Below are positions 20,518 through 30,636 of a DNA stretch of 64,000 bases, one piece after another. The stretch is from IMG/VR virus record IMGVR_UViG_3300008448_000040, positions 1-64,000 of that record; one strand, 5' to 3'. The translations under genes and the position numbers were made by a program. The notes under the pieces are model-generated. The model was not told where the DNA came from, did no database searches, and saw only the letters and a list, made by a program, of their open reading frames with translations. Within the stretch, counting starts at the first letter, position 1. Each line of letters starts with the position of its first letter. Source of the stretch: a virus.

Positions 20518-22794
20518 TTAAAAATCTAAAATAAGTTTGAAAGTTTCTTTCTGGCCAACTGTCTTTGATATTGGTGTAAAATTTTCCACATATATCACGT
20601 CCCCGGTTCCCTTCACAAGATCACCTTCTATTGTTCCTGTGATCTCTGCCTGTACTCCAGATGTTATACCATCAACATAATATGTAGTTCCCCCAACCTC
20701 GCTTTTATTAAACACACCCTTCTTATTCACAATTCTCATAGTTGAAGAGTTTGCAGAATAAACATAACCGTTTGCATTTGTAGATTGCACGACCAACTCA
20801 TCTTCCTGAAATGGTGGTGATGGTTGAGTTGCAACAATCTTGAAGGTTTGATCAAAGTAAGATGATGGCTGGGTTACATTCGAAACAGGAGATGTTGCTC
20901 CAGATGACTGGCCAATAATCAGACTTCCAGTTGTAAAAAATCCGTAAGCGTTTGTAAGCCTGATGTAATTTGTATCTACTACTGTTATCACTCCACATGC
21001 AGTTACGATACTATCTAAATCTAGCACTGCAGTTGCTGTTGCTGTTTGACCAGTCAAAGTATGACCTGTTTCACTGACAGCACCTGGTGAAAGATTAATT
21101 GGTGATCCTTCTCTTGTAGTGGCTAATTTGACACCGCTAGAGTTTGATGAAACAACCCAGTACGACGTATTGTTTGCAAGGTTTGTCAGGGATGTATTTC
21201 CAGAAGCTACTAGGTACTTAACATAATCATTATCTTGAAATTTGTGTCCGGATATTGTAATGAAATCTGAAGACCCATCAACAGCTGATTGAGCATTGAA
21301 GCTGAGTGCCAGAGGTGCAGCAATAGTAACTGAAGGAACTGATTCATAGCCAGATCCATTGTTGGCAATATTTATAGAAGATATTTTTCCTAATGAATTG
21401 CTTGACGCATTAGCCGAAACTGGAGTGATGTTCGTACCCGTCACTGTAACTGTTGTGTTAGAAGTATATCCAGACCCAGGACTTGTAATAACAATTCCTG
21501 CTACCTCAAAACCAGATGTTTGAGTAACTACTTCTCCATCAGCAAAAGTTCCGCTTCTATCACCTACTGCTGACCCAATCTGAACATTTGAAAATACTGG
21601 GTCTTTAATGATTCCAATTGATCTGAAATCGTTTTCATCAACTACTTTGTTACCAGATACAGTACTGTCAAACTCAACACTAATACCTACATTATGACTT
21701 CCAAGCTCGGCAGCTGCATTACTACCATGTCCACCCTTTGGACTTATGATAACCTTTGCTGTAGCAGTGTTTTCTGGAGTTGGTGAAGCAGTTCCAGTGT
21801 TACCAGACACAATAACATCCGCATAAGAATAGTTTGCACCCCTATTGACAACTTCAATTCTATAGATTGTATTACTGACAGAATTTACAATTGCCCTCGC
21901 TGATGCATCTGTGCCGTCACCATTGATTGTAACGAATGGAGTTATTTCATATGAAGAAGCTGTTGTTGGAGGCGGATCAAATTCTAAATCAACAGTTATA
22001 GTTCTTGTAGCGCCAACTACGTTGTATGATGTAATTTTACGAAGTTGACCACTACCAACACCACTAGTGATCTTGATAGCACATCCCGTGTAGAAATTAG
22101 CGTTACTAGAAGCTGTTGAAGGATCAATCTTGAAAGTTATCTCACTACCACCAACTTGTACTTCCTGAAATGATCCACTTGTATATGATGCATAACCAAC
22201 TCCCCCAAAGGTGATCTGAATATTATCAATGGAACCACCAACGGAATTACTTACTACGTTCTGATTAACGAACACAGGAATATAATCTGATGTTCCAAAT
22301 TTTGACAACTGAGATGGAGTTATCGAATACATATACTTCCACTGATATCCATCACTGGTAAAGTAAAAATCATCATCAGCAGAGGTTTCAGTTAGTAAAG
22401 GAGCATCTGTAGAATTTGCGCCACCATTATTATCAAGGCATTTGAAAATTGAATAGCTTGTTGTCTCATCTACCATAACAAAAAAATCTTCATTGAAGAG
22501 GTTGTTGTTATCGTGAGTGTATTTTTGATAGGCGGTGCCGTTAGTCCAATCGACTCTTCTAACAAGCTTCACCACATCATTGGCTGATATTCTTTTACCA
22601 TAAATCATATTTTCATATGCTTTTATGACAGTAGTATCAATATTATCGTACAGCTGTGGTGGAGTATTGTCGTTTGTGAAAGGCAATGGATTACCAACAA
22701 ACATATAGTAGATGTTGAATCCAGGTTCCGTAAAGGATTCAACAAAGTTATCGCTTGAAAATAATCTTAAATTATTAGTGATTAATGTACTCAT
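20518..22794 (-). CDS. gp8: Baseplate wedge protein gp8-like (with inserted domains)
   Basis: RRVDWTNG, FKCLDNNGG, DGYQWKYMY, PKGGHG motifs; C-terminal GDVIYVEN...E. Confidence 0.8.
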   Translation of the reverse strand: MSTLITNNLRLFSSDNFVESFTEPGFNIYYMFVGNPLPFTNDNTPPQLYDNIDTTVIKAYENMIYGKRISANDVVKLVRRVDWTNGTAYQKYTHDNNNLFNEDFFVMVDETTSYSIFKCLDNNGGANSTDAPLLTETSADDDFYFTSDGYQWKYMYSITPSQLSKFGTSDYIPVFVNQNVVSNSVGGSIDNIQITFGGVGYASYTSGSFQEVQVGGSEITFKIDPSTASSNANFYTGCAIKITSGVGSGQLRKITSYNVVGATRTITVDLEFDPPPTTASSYEITPFVTINGDGTDASARAIVNSVSNTIYRIEVVNRGANYSYADVIVSGNTGTASPTPENTATAKVIISPKGGHGSNAAAELGSHNVGISVEFDSTVSGNKVVDENDFRSIGIIKDPVFSNVQIGSAVGDRSGTFADGEVVTQTSGFEVAGIVITSPGSGYTSNTTVTVTGTNITPVSANASSNSLGKISSINIANNGSGYESVPSVTIAAPLALSFNAQSAVDGSSDFITISGHKFQDNDYVKYLVASGNTSLTNLANNTSYWVVSSNSSGVKLATTREGSPINLSPGAVSETGHTLTGQTATATAVLDLDSIVTACGVITVVDTNYIRLTNAYGFFTTGSLIIGQSSGATSPVSNVTQPSSYFDQTFKIVATQPSPPFQEDELVVQSTNANGYVYSANSSTMRIVNKKGVFNKSEVGGTTYYVDGITSGVQAEITGTIEGDLVKGTGDVIYVENFTPISKTVGQKETFKLILDF

Positions 22795-25700
22795 TAGCTT
22801 AAAGTTGTAATAACCCCATCAGTTGTAATTTGAGTGTTTGCTATAGATACTCTGACAACTCTTCCGAATAGTTTTGTTCCAGCAACATGTAGGAGTTTTT
22901 TGAGTGTATCCGAATAAACTTCTAATCCTAGAGAAGACTGTACCTCGTAAGAAAATGCCTGATAGTAATCACCATCATGAATATATTTATCACTGTTTAG
23001 AAAACCTCTTGTTGATAAAAATCTTCCTTCACCAGTTCCTTCTTGTAGTAATTTTGATAGACCTGTTGCAACATACTGATTACCTTCAGTAGAGAGAGTG
23101 ATTATTTCATCTTCTTCGTATGCATAACCTGAATTGAACACTGAAACAGATTCAATAGATCCATTAACAGTTCCTGCTAGAGATGTAACATTAGCATTAT
23201 AACCCATGCGGGATGAGTCAGCAATTTGAGTGACAGATATCACATTTGCAGTAGCACCAGAGGTTGTTCCTGTTATTGTAACATTAGGAGTAAATGATTG
23301 ATTGAATGATCTTCTCTTAACATTAACGAATCCTGCACTTGCACTTGAAGATAAAACTCTTCCTCTTGACAGTGAAAGTATTGTATCTGTAGTGGCCACA
23401 TTAACAAAGAATATCTTGCCAGATGTCATACCAACAGCTAATTCTGTTACTCTTTGTAATGTGTTTCCTGCACCAATACTCGCACAGTTTGTTGTAAGAG
23501 TTAAGATAGTATTGTTTGTTACAGTATCAACTTGGAAAATTAAATTATTTCCACTAAATTTGATGTAATCACCTTGAGTAAACTCGGATGTAAATAAAGT
23601 GCCCGTACCATTCACCTGTGCACTGTTTATATTTCCTTCAACAGTTCCAGTAGCTACAGTCTGTAACGTAGAATTAACAAATGTATTTGTTGTTGATAAT
23701 TTTACGTTTGTAAGATTAGCAGTTACAACTGATCCGTATGAGTTACTAGCTCCGATATCCTGAGTAACTGTTTCTGTTAGAGTAAATGCATTATTCGATC
23801 CACTTATTGACATTGAAACAGAAGGAGCACTGAAATTCTGTACTATTTCTTCTCCATTAACAAATACGCCAGACTGATTCGAAACAATTAAGTGGAGATC
23901 TCTCTTGTTGAATGCTGCGATACCACCATCTCTCACTCTCAAGAAAGGAGATACGTTATAATCAGAACCAGGATTGATGTTTGTTAGTGAGGCGATTGTA
24001 CCTATCTGGAACACATCTAAATCTAAAGTTAAATTTAGTATAGATGAAAGATTGGCCTGAGGTAATTTTGGAAATCCATATCTGAATGAATCTAAGAAAA
24101 TACTCGTGTATGTACCATTACTACGACTCAATACATTAGCTGAAGAAGCAGGACCATTAGTAGTTAAAAATAATACAGTGTTATTTGTTACATTATTAAC
24201 TTGGAAGATGGTATTATTACCAGAGAACTTTACATAATCACCTCTATAAATTTCCGTAGTAAATGAAGTACTTGTTCCATTAACTTGAGCGCTTGTTATA
24301 TTTGAGGAAACCGTACCTGAGAGTGCTGTAAGAATTATTGAGTTGTTTGATCCAATTAAGTCTGTGTTGAGGTAGACAGCTTCTTCATCTGTAAGACTAC
24401 CAACTTCAAATCCAGCAGAGGCACCTGTACCAATAATATCAACATTAGCGTATACGTTTGATACTGCTCCGTAAATGTAATTATAATTATTTGGTGTAAA
24501 AGTATTAACTACATCTATCAATCCAATAGCAGTACTATTCACTCCCATGACAGTACCGTATGCAGTTGAATTAGCAGTTCCTGTAATTAATGCTGTAGTA
24601 TTCTTGATTCTATCAGCGTCTGTAAATGAACCAGTTATTGGTACCATTCTTAATGTTCCATTAGCAGGAACAACAGTGTTTGCTGTTACATCAGGACCAT
24701 TTGTAGTTAAGAAGAGATGTGTTGCATTAGTTATACCATTGGAAGCTCTCACCTGGAAAATGGTATTATTTGATTGAAACCTGATATAGTCACCACTTTG
24801 AAGTGCTGTAGTGAAATTAGTGTTTATTCCGATCACAACATTTGATGTGGAAGTAGCAGTAACTGTACCGGTAATAGCTATTTGGGATTTACCGACAACT
24901 CTACCAGTACTTACATCTGCCATAGAATTAGATCCTGTAACTAAATCTCCAACGTTGAATACTGTGTTAGATGTAGTGAATGCAATATTAATTAAAGGTT
25001 GATAAACTATTTCATCTTCAATGAAATTAGGTACATAAGAATTAGATGATACAATATTTTCAAGTAACAACATTCTTGAAGCTACTTCAGGAACCGTTGT
25101 AAGTCTGTATCCAGATCCACCGTCAACTAAGTTAAACGTCACCTTTCCTGTAGATCTTCCAACTTCATCAACCCTTGCTTTTCCTAATTTTCCTCGTCTA
25201 TTAGACACAACATCAACAACATCACCTACTTGAAATTCTCTTCCTGAGTCTATGATAGTTATGGATGTGAGAGAACCAACTACCTTTGGGCAACCATCAA
25301 GAAATCCATCTTGAGTAATGATTTCACCAAAATCAAAAGATCCACTGATATTAGAAAGATAAAGTACATCAATATATTTTCCATTGATAACTTTTCTACT
25401 TACTCCCTCAACGAAAGCTGTTGCTCCTGAAGCAGATCCTGTAATTAATCTTCCTAGGAATGTTGATGTTTTTTCTGCAATATCGACTTCTAAGTATTTT
25501 GGAATATACCACTGACCATCAGATGCTCTAAGAACATCCTTGCCAGGAAAGTATACCTCTGCTGATGGATCACCAAATACTCTATTGAAAAATAGTTTTG
25601 TTCCCTGCTCTGATCCTTTAGCTCGGTAGATATCAATGATGTGTTTAATATCAAATCTAGATCTTTGAAAACTTACTGGAGCACCCTTCAAATACTTTTC

Positions 25701-25907
25701 TTCAAAATGATAAAGAAAGTCGTCGACGGTTTTATCAATGTCTCTATAATCTAATAATTTTCTTGAATGATACAGGTGATTGTTAGTCTGCAGCGCCCAA
25801 TTATAATACTCTTTTACAAAAGCAATGAAGTTGTCACCACTTTCTTTATAGAATTCTGGAAAGTGGTTTTGAATCAATAAACTAATGTTATCTTCTATTT
25901 CTTTCAT
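22794..25907 (-). CDS. gp7: Baseplate wedge protein gp7-like
   Basis: FIAFVKEYYNW, YRAKGSE, LRASDGQW, C-terminal DGDYYQAFSY...LLHVAGTKLFG; lies between gp6 and gp8. Confidence 0.75.
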   Translation of the reverse strand: MKEIEDNISLLIQNHFPEFYKESGDNFIAFVKEYYNWALQTNNHLYHSRKLLDYRDIDKTVDDFLYHFEEKYLKGAPVSFQRSRFDIKHIIDIYRAKGSEQGTKLFFNRVFGDPSAEVYFPGKDVLRASDGQWYIPKYLEVDIAEKTSTFLGRLITGSASGATAFVEGVSRKVINGKYIDVLYLSNISGSFDFGEIITQDGFLDGCPKVVGSLTSITIIDSGREFQVGDVVDVVSNRRGKLGKARVDEVGRSTGKVTFNLVDGGSGYRLTTVPEVASRMLLLENIVSSNSYVPNFIEDEIVYQPLINIAFTTSNTVFNVGDLVTGSNSMADVSTGRVVGKSQIAITGTVTATSTSNVVIGINTNFTTALQSGDYIRFQSNNTIFQVRASNGITNATHLFLTTNGPDVTANTVVPANGTLRMVPITGSFTDADRIKNTTALITGTANSTAYGTVMGVNSTAIGLIDVVNTFTPNNYNYIYGAVSNVYANVDIIGTGASAGFEVGSLTDEEAVYLNTDLIGSNNSIILTALSGTVSSNITSAQVNGTSTSFTTEIYRGDYVKFSGNNTIFQVNNVTNNTVLFLTTNGPASSANVLSRSNGTYTSIFLDSFRYGFPKLPQANLSSILNLTLDLDVFQIGTIASLTNINPGSDYNVSPFLRVRDGGIAAFNKRDLHLIVSNQSGVFVNGEEIVQNFSAPSVSMSISGSNNAFTLTETVTQDIGASNSYGSVVTANLTNVKLSTTNTFVNSTLQTVATGTVEGNINSAQVNGTGTLFTSEFTQGDYIKFSGNNLIFQVDTVTNNTILTLTTNCASIGAGNTLQRVTELAVGMTSGKIFFVNVATTDTILSLSRGRVLSSSASAGFVNVKRRSFNQSFTPNVTITGTTSGATANVISVTQIADSSRMGYNANVTSLAGTVNGSIESVSVFNSGYAYEEDEIITLSTEGNQYVATGLSKLLQEGTGEGRFLSTRGFLNSDKYIHDGDYYQAFSYEVQSSLGLEVYSDTLKKLLHVAGTKLFGRVVRVSIANTQITTDGVITTLS

Positions 25908-27694
25908 GACCTGATCGGAACCATTGTTACGTTGATATCTGAAGGATTAATTGTAAGTATGTTTCTGAGAGAAACTGTATAATCAAAACTCACAGGCTTC
26001 ACATATAGTTTAATTCCAGATCCTGCATAAGAAGAAACATTTAAACCAGTAATAATAATTTTTCCTGAATTATAGTCTACTGTACCTACGTTGGTAATTT
26101 TTGTATGAGTTCCATCAGTATTAATTTTCATGATTCGTATGTTACCAATACCATCGTCTTCCAACTGGCAAGTGAACCCTTGATAAACAAAGTTAGTTGA
26201 ATATACTCCTCGCTCAGCTGATGCTGGGTGTGTGTCAGTTGTTGGTGTTGTAATAAGAATCTCAGTATTAAAGTTGAGCGAGAAGCTTGATGGAGTAAAT
26301 GTTATAGGTGTCAGTCTTATAAATGGGGTAACTATTGTATCATTGTTAAGTATGGAATTATCTGATTCATCTATAGCTGCAACAAATTTACTATATCTAA
26401 ATGTCGTATTGAAGTCGTTTAGATTGTTAATGTTGAAAGAACTGATTGCATTCAATACTCTAGTTTTTATTTGATTATCCGATAACGTAGTTATATTATA
26501 ATTGTATTTGACAATTGAATCAACATCAAGGAAAACAAACGAAGGTGATACTATTTCTGTAGTGAATCCTAATGGAACTTTATCCTCCAAGTATGCATTG
26601 TACACTTGTTTTTTACTATCTGAGATTCCATCAGCTCCTTCAATATCAATTGCGAGATATACCTTACCGTACTGAGGTGGATCCTCCTTCTCACCTCCGT
26701 ACACAGATATAGCTTGTATTTCCGGGAACTCTCTTTGTAGAAGAAACTTATAATCGTTTTCTGTGATTGCTCTTTCCTGTGTTTGGAAACTCCTTGGAGC
26801 ATTGAATTTGATTGAGTCAATAGATTCTGAAATTGAACCACTTGTTGCTGCAGAGTTCAAGATAACAGCGACATTTGAGTGACCATCAATAGAAGAGTTG
26901 TTTACAAAAGTATCTGCACCGTTAGGTAGCTCTCCGTTGCACACCCTGTAAGTTACTTCAATTATAGCTGAACTTTTTGGAGGTCTTCCAGTGAAACCAT
27001 CTCCGAACATTACCTCATAAGTGTCGTCCTGAGCTCCCTGAACAAAAAACACGTAAGAATTCGTTGAAAGGCCGTACAATGAAAATGCTTGAGTATATAC
27101 TAAGTTTGAAGAACCACTGTCCTCAGAAACCAATATTTCTATGCTTGTAGTGTCTATGTTTGGGTTTGTAAGAACAAATCTCTGGTTAGAATCAACCCCA
27201 TTCTTCACAAACGTATCAGTAACATATGAACCTTCATATAAATCTACATTGGTTGCTGTATATGTACCATTGTTAGAAGCAGTCAATGCAATAGCTTCTG
27301 ACGTAACAAAATTATAGTTATTTGCACCTAACCTTGATGTGAACGAAGTCTTAGCAGGAATCACCACGGAGGTTACTGACGTTGATGGGGTGATAGAAAT
27401 GTTTACGTTGGCAACTGCAGATCTAAATGATCTTGGAAGATAGTTGAGCTCTTTAGCATGTGATACAACACTGTCACGTAACTGAGCACTATCTAAAAAC
27501 ATTTCGCTTGAGATCATGTTAAGATAGAAAGAGTTCAAGTATGAGTTGTAAGCAAGCACGTCCAAAAGAACGCTCATATTTGATCCCTCAAAATCATAAT
27601 CTTGAAATCTTGATTGTGATCTTAGATGGCTTTTTAATGATGCTTTGATAGAGTCAAAATCAAGATTGACTAGATTTACAGATGAGTTTGCCAT
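25904..27694 (-). CDS. gp6: Baseplate wedge protein gp6
   Basis: LDFDSIKASL, DYDFEGSNMSVLLDVLAYN, FLDSAQLRDSVVSHAKELNYLPRS, QERAITENDY. Confidence 0.95.
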   Translation of the reverse strand: MANSSVNLVNLDFDSIKASLKSHLRSQSRFQDYDFEGSNMSVLLDVLAYNSYLNSFYLNMISSEMFLDSAQLRDSVVSHAKELNYLPRSFRSAVANVNISITPSTSVTSVVIPAKTSFTSRLGANNYNFVTSEAIALTASNNGTYTATNVDLYEGSYVTDTFVKNGVDSNQRFVLTNPNIDTTSIEILVSEDSGSSNLVYTQAFSLYGLSTNSYVFFVQGAQDDTYEVMFGDGFTGRPPKSSAIIEVTYRVCNGELPNGADTFVNNSSIDGHSNVAVILNSAATSGSISESIDSIKFNAPRSFQTQERAITENDYKFLLQREFPEIQAISVYGGEKEDPPQYGKVYLAIDIEGADGISDSKKQVYNAYLEDKVPLGFTTEIVSPSFVFLDVDSIVKYNYNITTLSDNQIKTRVLNAISSFNINNLNDFNTTFRYSKFVAAIDESDNSILNNDTIVTPFIRLTPITFTPSSFSLNFNTEILITTPTTDTHPASAERGVYSTNFVYQGFTCQLEDDGIGNIRIMKINTDGTHTKITNVGTVDYNSGKIIITGLNVSSYAGSGIKLYVKPVSFDYTVSLRNILTINPSDINVTMVPIRS

Positions 27695-28114
27695 TTATCT
27701 TATTCTTCTTAGGAGAAAGTTTACTGACGCAGTTTCAGTATTATTTATTGTGGTGAAATACAGATATAATCTGAATCCATTATTATTAGAATCATCTCTA
27801 ACCGTTACATTGAGTGTTGTGATTCTTGGTTCAAAATTCTGTATTGCAGTCTGAATTTCAGATTTAATTGTATCAGCCAAAAACTGACTAAAGTTTTCAA
27901 ATAGTAGCCCTCTGATGTTACATCCAAATTCAGGAAAAAATGGGCGCTCGCCCTTGTTAGTGAATATAATATTCTTGAGAGAATTTACAATTGAGTCCTC
28001 ATTGGTTTTTCTAGCAAGATCACCAGATCCAAAATTTTTATCGAAGTTGTTATAGAAGTCACTATATCTTTCTGTTTTAAGAGATGTGACTGTAAATTTA
28101 TCTGCGTATGCCAT
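27695..28114 (-). CDS. gp25: Baseplate wedge protein gp25
   Basis: SLKNIIFTNKGERPFFPEFGC and FEPRI motifs. Confidence 0.95.
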   Translation of the reverse strand: MAYADKFTVTSLKTERYSDFYNNFDKNFGSGDLARKTNEDSIVNSLKNIIFTNKGERPFFPEFGCNIRGLLFENFSQFLADTIKSEIQTAIQNFEPRITTLNVTVRDDSNNNGFRLYLYFTTINNTETASVNFLLRRIR

Positions 28115-28115
28115 T

Positions 28116-28865
28116 TTATGTTGAAGAGTAGATTTCCGTTAATCTTACAAAGCTGACTGTATTTTCGAAATTGAGTGCGCCAATATTACCAAAAGCTCTG
28201 TTTAATTTAAATGTGTATTGACTAGCATTGATGGAATTTACAAATACAGGCTGATAGCTAATTTCAGATGTAGTATTTGGTTTATCATAATAAAATAATC
28301 TTATATGATTAAGAGTAGAATTACTATCTGCATCATATGGACCTGCAGCAAGACCAGAGAACTGTACGTTACCTGCTGTGTTGTTATAAGATTCATATCC
28401 TGCGGTGGTATTTTTTGAGTTGTTTTTATAAACTCTCCAAACACTCTGAGCACCACCAGCATCATTGGCCTCTCCATGTATCCAAAATTCACAAGTTATG
28501 ATACTCGTTGCGAACTTGGGAGTAATATTAGCTGATAAGTCAGTAATAATTGCTTGGTGAAAGCCATCAACTGTACCTGTGAGATAATCGGTTCTCGCAT
28601 CTGTTCTTTTTAGGATCGTTTGAACCACCATACCGTCAAAAAAAGGAAAGCCAGTAACTACACCAATATTCAAATCTGTGTTGATTGTAGCAGTGTTACA
28701 ATTGAATCCATTGGCAAAGATAGTATTAGAGGTTTGAGAATCGTATGAAAAATTACCAGCAACAATTACACTATTTGAAAAGGTAACTGACCCATTGGTG
28801 TGAAGGGTCATATTATTAGGTGTCGCATCTGCATTTTTGATAGCATTTAATTTTAATAAACTCAT
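28116..28865 (-). CDS. Putative virion structural protein
   Basis: Located in baseplate operon; C-terminal beta-sandwich-like VVQT...ITPKFATS...LTEI pattern. Confidence 0.45.
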   Translation of the reverse strand: MSLLKLNAIKNADATPNNMTLHTNGSVTFSNSVIVAGNFSYDSQTSNTIFANGFNCNTATINTDLNIGVVTGFPFFDGMVVQTILKRTDARTDYLTGTVDGFHQAIITDLSANITPKFATSIITCEFWIHGEANDAGGAQSVWRVYKNNSKNTTAGYESYNNTAGNVQFSGLAAGPYDADSNSTLNHIRLFYYDKPNTTSEISYQPVFVNSINASQYTFKLNRAFGNIGALNFENTVSFVRLTEIYSST

Positions 28866-28872
28866 TTATTCC

Positions 28873-29256
28873 TCATGTGATGGTTAAGGTTGCACCGTTC
28901 TCGATTGTCATAACGAACCCTTGGTCAATGGTAATGGGTCCTCCAGCAGTAGAGTTTCTACCAGAACTAAATGTTGTATTCTGAGATACGTTTGAAGAGT
29001 ACTCAACAAAGACGGTTCGAACGATACCGGAATTGATAGCTGCTACAGTCAAACTTGGACTTTGATTTATAACTGTTATATTATTGGCAATAATGTTAGC
29101 AGCTACAATATCCTTTACTGTAATGTTATTATCTGTCACGTTACCATTTTCAGTAACCCTGTCCAGTGTCGTGTCAAATCTTAGATCTCTGAAATTTTCA
29201 TCCATCTCTTCATATGTAAGAGACGATCCTTTAATTATTCTTCTTGTTATTGTCAT
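28873..29256 (-). CDS. Putative small fibre/structural protein
   Basis: N-terminal RxxKGSxLTxxEMDxNF motif common to phage fibre anchors. Confidence 0.5.
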   Translation of the reverse strand: MTITRRIIKGSSLTYEEMDENFRDLRFDTTLDRVTENGNVTDNNITVKDIVAANIIANNITVINQSPSLTVAAINSGIVRTVFVEYSSNVSQNTTFSSGRNSTAGGPITIDQGFVMTIENGATLTIT

Positions 29257-29510
29257 GGTTGCGTTGTACTATAATAAACACCAACATAAGATCTCAATTT
29301 TGTTTTACCGTCTGCAGGATATGGATTCTCATCGGGTATTTTTTGCACTGGAGTTTCAAGATAACCAGTAGCAACATACTCGAATAAATCTATTTCTTCT
29401 GCAGTTAGTGGTTCAGTAAACTTGAGCTCATTTTTGATGGCTGCTTTATCTTCAGGTGTTGTTGCCTGACCATACCTCTGTAATATATCTCTGTAATCTG
29501 GTTTAGCCAT
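29253..29510 (-). CDS. Hypothetical protein
   Basis: ORF overlapping neighbours in operon. Confidence 0.5.
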   Translation of the reverse strand: MAKPDYRDILQRYGQATTPEDKAAIKNELKFTEPLTAEEIDLFEYVATGYLETPVQKIPDENPYPADGKTKLRSYVGVYYSTTQP

Positions 29511-29799
29511 TTACAAACACATTCATTGAACCAGTAGCAGCTGCATTTGGTAACCAAGAAGCATGTCCACCAGTAGCATCACCTTGTCTGTGTACGCCTC
29601 TCCCATTTACAAAAACATTGAAAGAAGCACCCACAGCAGGATCCCCGCATCCTGTTTTATCATTCAGTCTGACAACTGGCATGCCATTTACAAAAACATC
29701 ATCTGAACCCTCCACGTAAGGAGTCTTGTGGAAGGGGTTCGGAGTCAGTGACGCATGGCCTATATGACTGTCTAAAAAAGCTCTTACAACTCCTGGCAT
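29503..29799 (-). CDS. PAAR-like baseplate spike tip protein (gp5.4-like)
   Basis: GSxxVFVNG repeats, PVVR, His/Cys metal ligands; immediately after gp5. Confidence 0.9.
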   Translation of the reverse strand: MPGVVRAFLDSHIGHASLTPNPFHKTPYVEGSDDVFVNGMPVVRLNDKTGCGDPAVGASFNVFVNGRGVHRQGDATGGHASWLPNAAATGSMNVFVNG

Positions 29800-29808
29800 T
29801 GTTTTTCC

Positions 29809-30636
29809 TTAAGTGGGGTTAATATCTACTCTTGGAGCTTTGAATATCATATTACCCAGCGACTCAAGAATATATGTTCCATTTACTTTAGTTAACACGT
29901 TACCATCTACATACATCGTTACATTACCGTCAATTTTTACATTAGCATTACCACCAATGTATACATTGTTATCCTCTACGGTGATATCAAATCTATCTTT
30001 CATAGATTTTATGACGGTTGTACCCTCTCTGTCAATTTCAACATAAGATCCGTTCTTGTGCATCACATGAATGCGCTCTTCACCAGGAGTATCATCAAGT
30101 TCAACAAGATGACCTGATTCTGTTCTTAAACTCTTGTTATAAGGATATTTAGCATTATATGGAGAATCTGGTTCACCAGGAAACGGCATTGAAATGTTAG
30201 TTTTTAAATTATTTTTAAAGTTTCCTACACTATTTTGCTCATAAGAAGTTTTTGGTAATTCATTTTCCTCTTCATCACCAACCAACCCAGCAATAGTACC
30301 AAAGATCAACGGTATCTGACATTCATTACCATCTGCAAAGAATCCAAATACAGTCGATCCAACCAATAGACCTGTTGTACTTAATCCTATACCATCTTTT
30401 TTGAAGTCACCACCAAAGTTTTTGATGATTCCCGCACTCAGTATAGAATTGATAGGCATAGCCCATGGAAGATGATCCTTAGGGACCTTTACCGTATCGG
30501 GCTCACCACTAGATGTGAAAGGGTGAACATTGTATATTCTTACCCTGACTCTTCCCAATTGTTTGGGATCATCTCTATCTTCAACTTTACCTATAAACCA
30601 CCTGAAACCCTCTTCACCAATAGCTGCTGTCGTCAT
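29809..30636 (-). CDS. gp5: Baseplate hub/spike gp5 (OB-fold plus short beta-helix, no lysozyme domain)
   Basis: WFIGKVEDRDDPKQLGRVRVR, LPWA, YPYN...TESGH..ELDDTPGEERI, VxGN repeats. Confidence 0.92.
   Translation of the reverse strand: MTTAAIGEEGFRWFIGKVEDRDDPKQLGRVRVRIYNVHPFTSSGEPDTVKVPKDHLPWAMPINSILSAGIIKNFGGDFKKDGIGLSTTGLLVGSTVFGFFADGNECQIPLIFGTIAGLVGDEEENELPKTSYEQNSVGNFKNNLKTNISMPFPGEPDSPYNAKYPYNKSLRTESGHLVELDDTPGEERIHVMHKNGSYVEIDREGTTVIKSMKDRFDITVEDNNVYIGGNANVKIDGNVTMYVDGNVLTKVNGTYILESLGNMIFKAPRVDINPT

Noticed and set aside
9833-25002. Many plus-strand ORFs of 60-126 aa opposite the structural genes
   Set aside because: Antisense shadows of biased codon usage (V/L/P-rich, no motifs, no SD).
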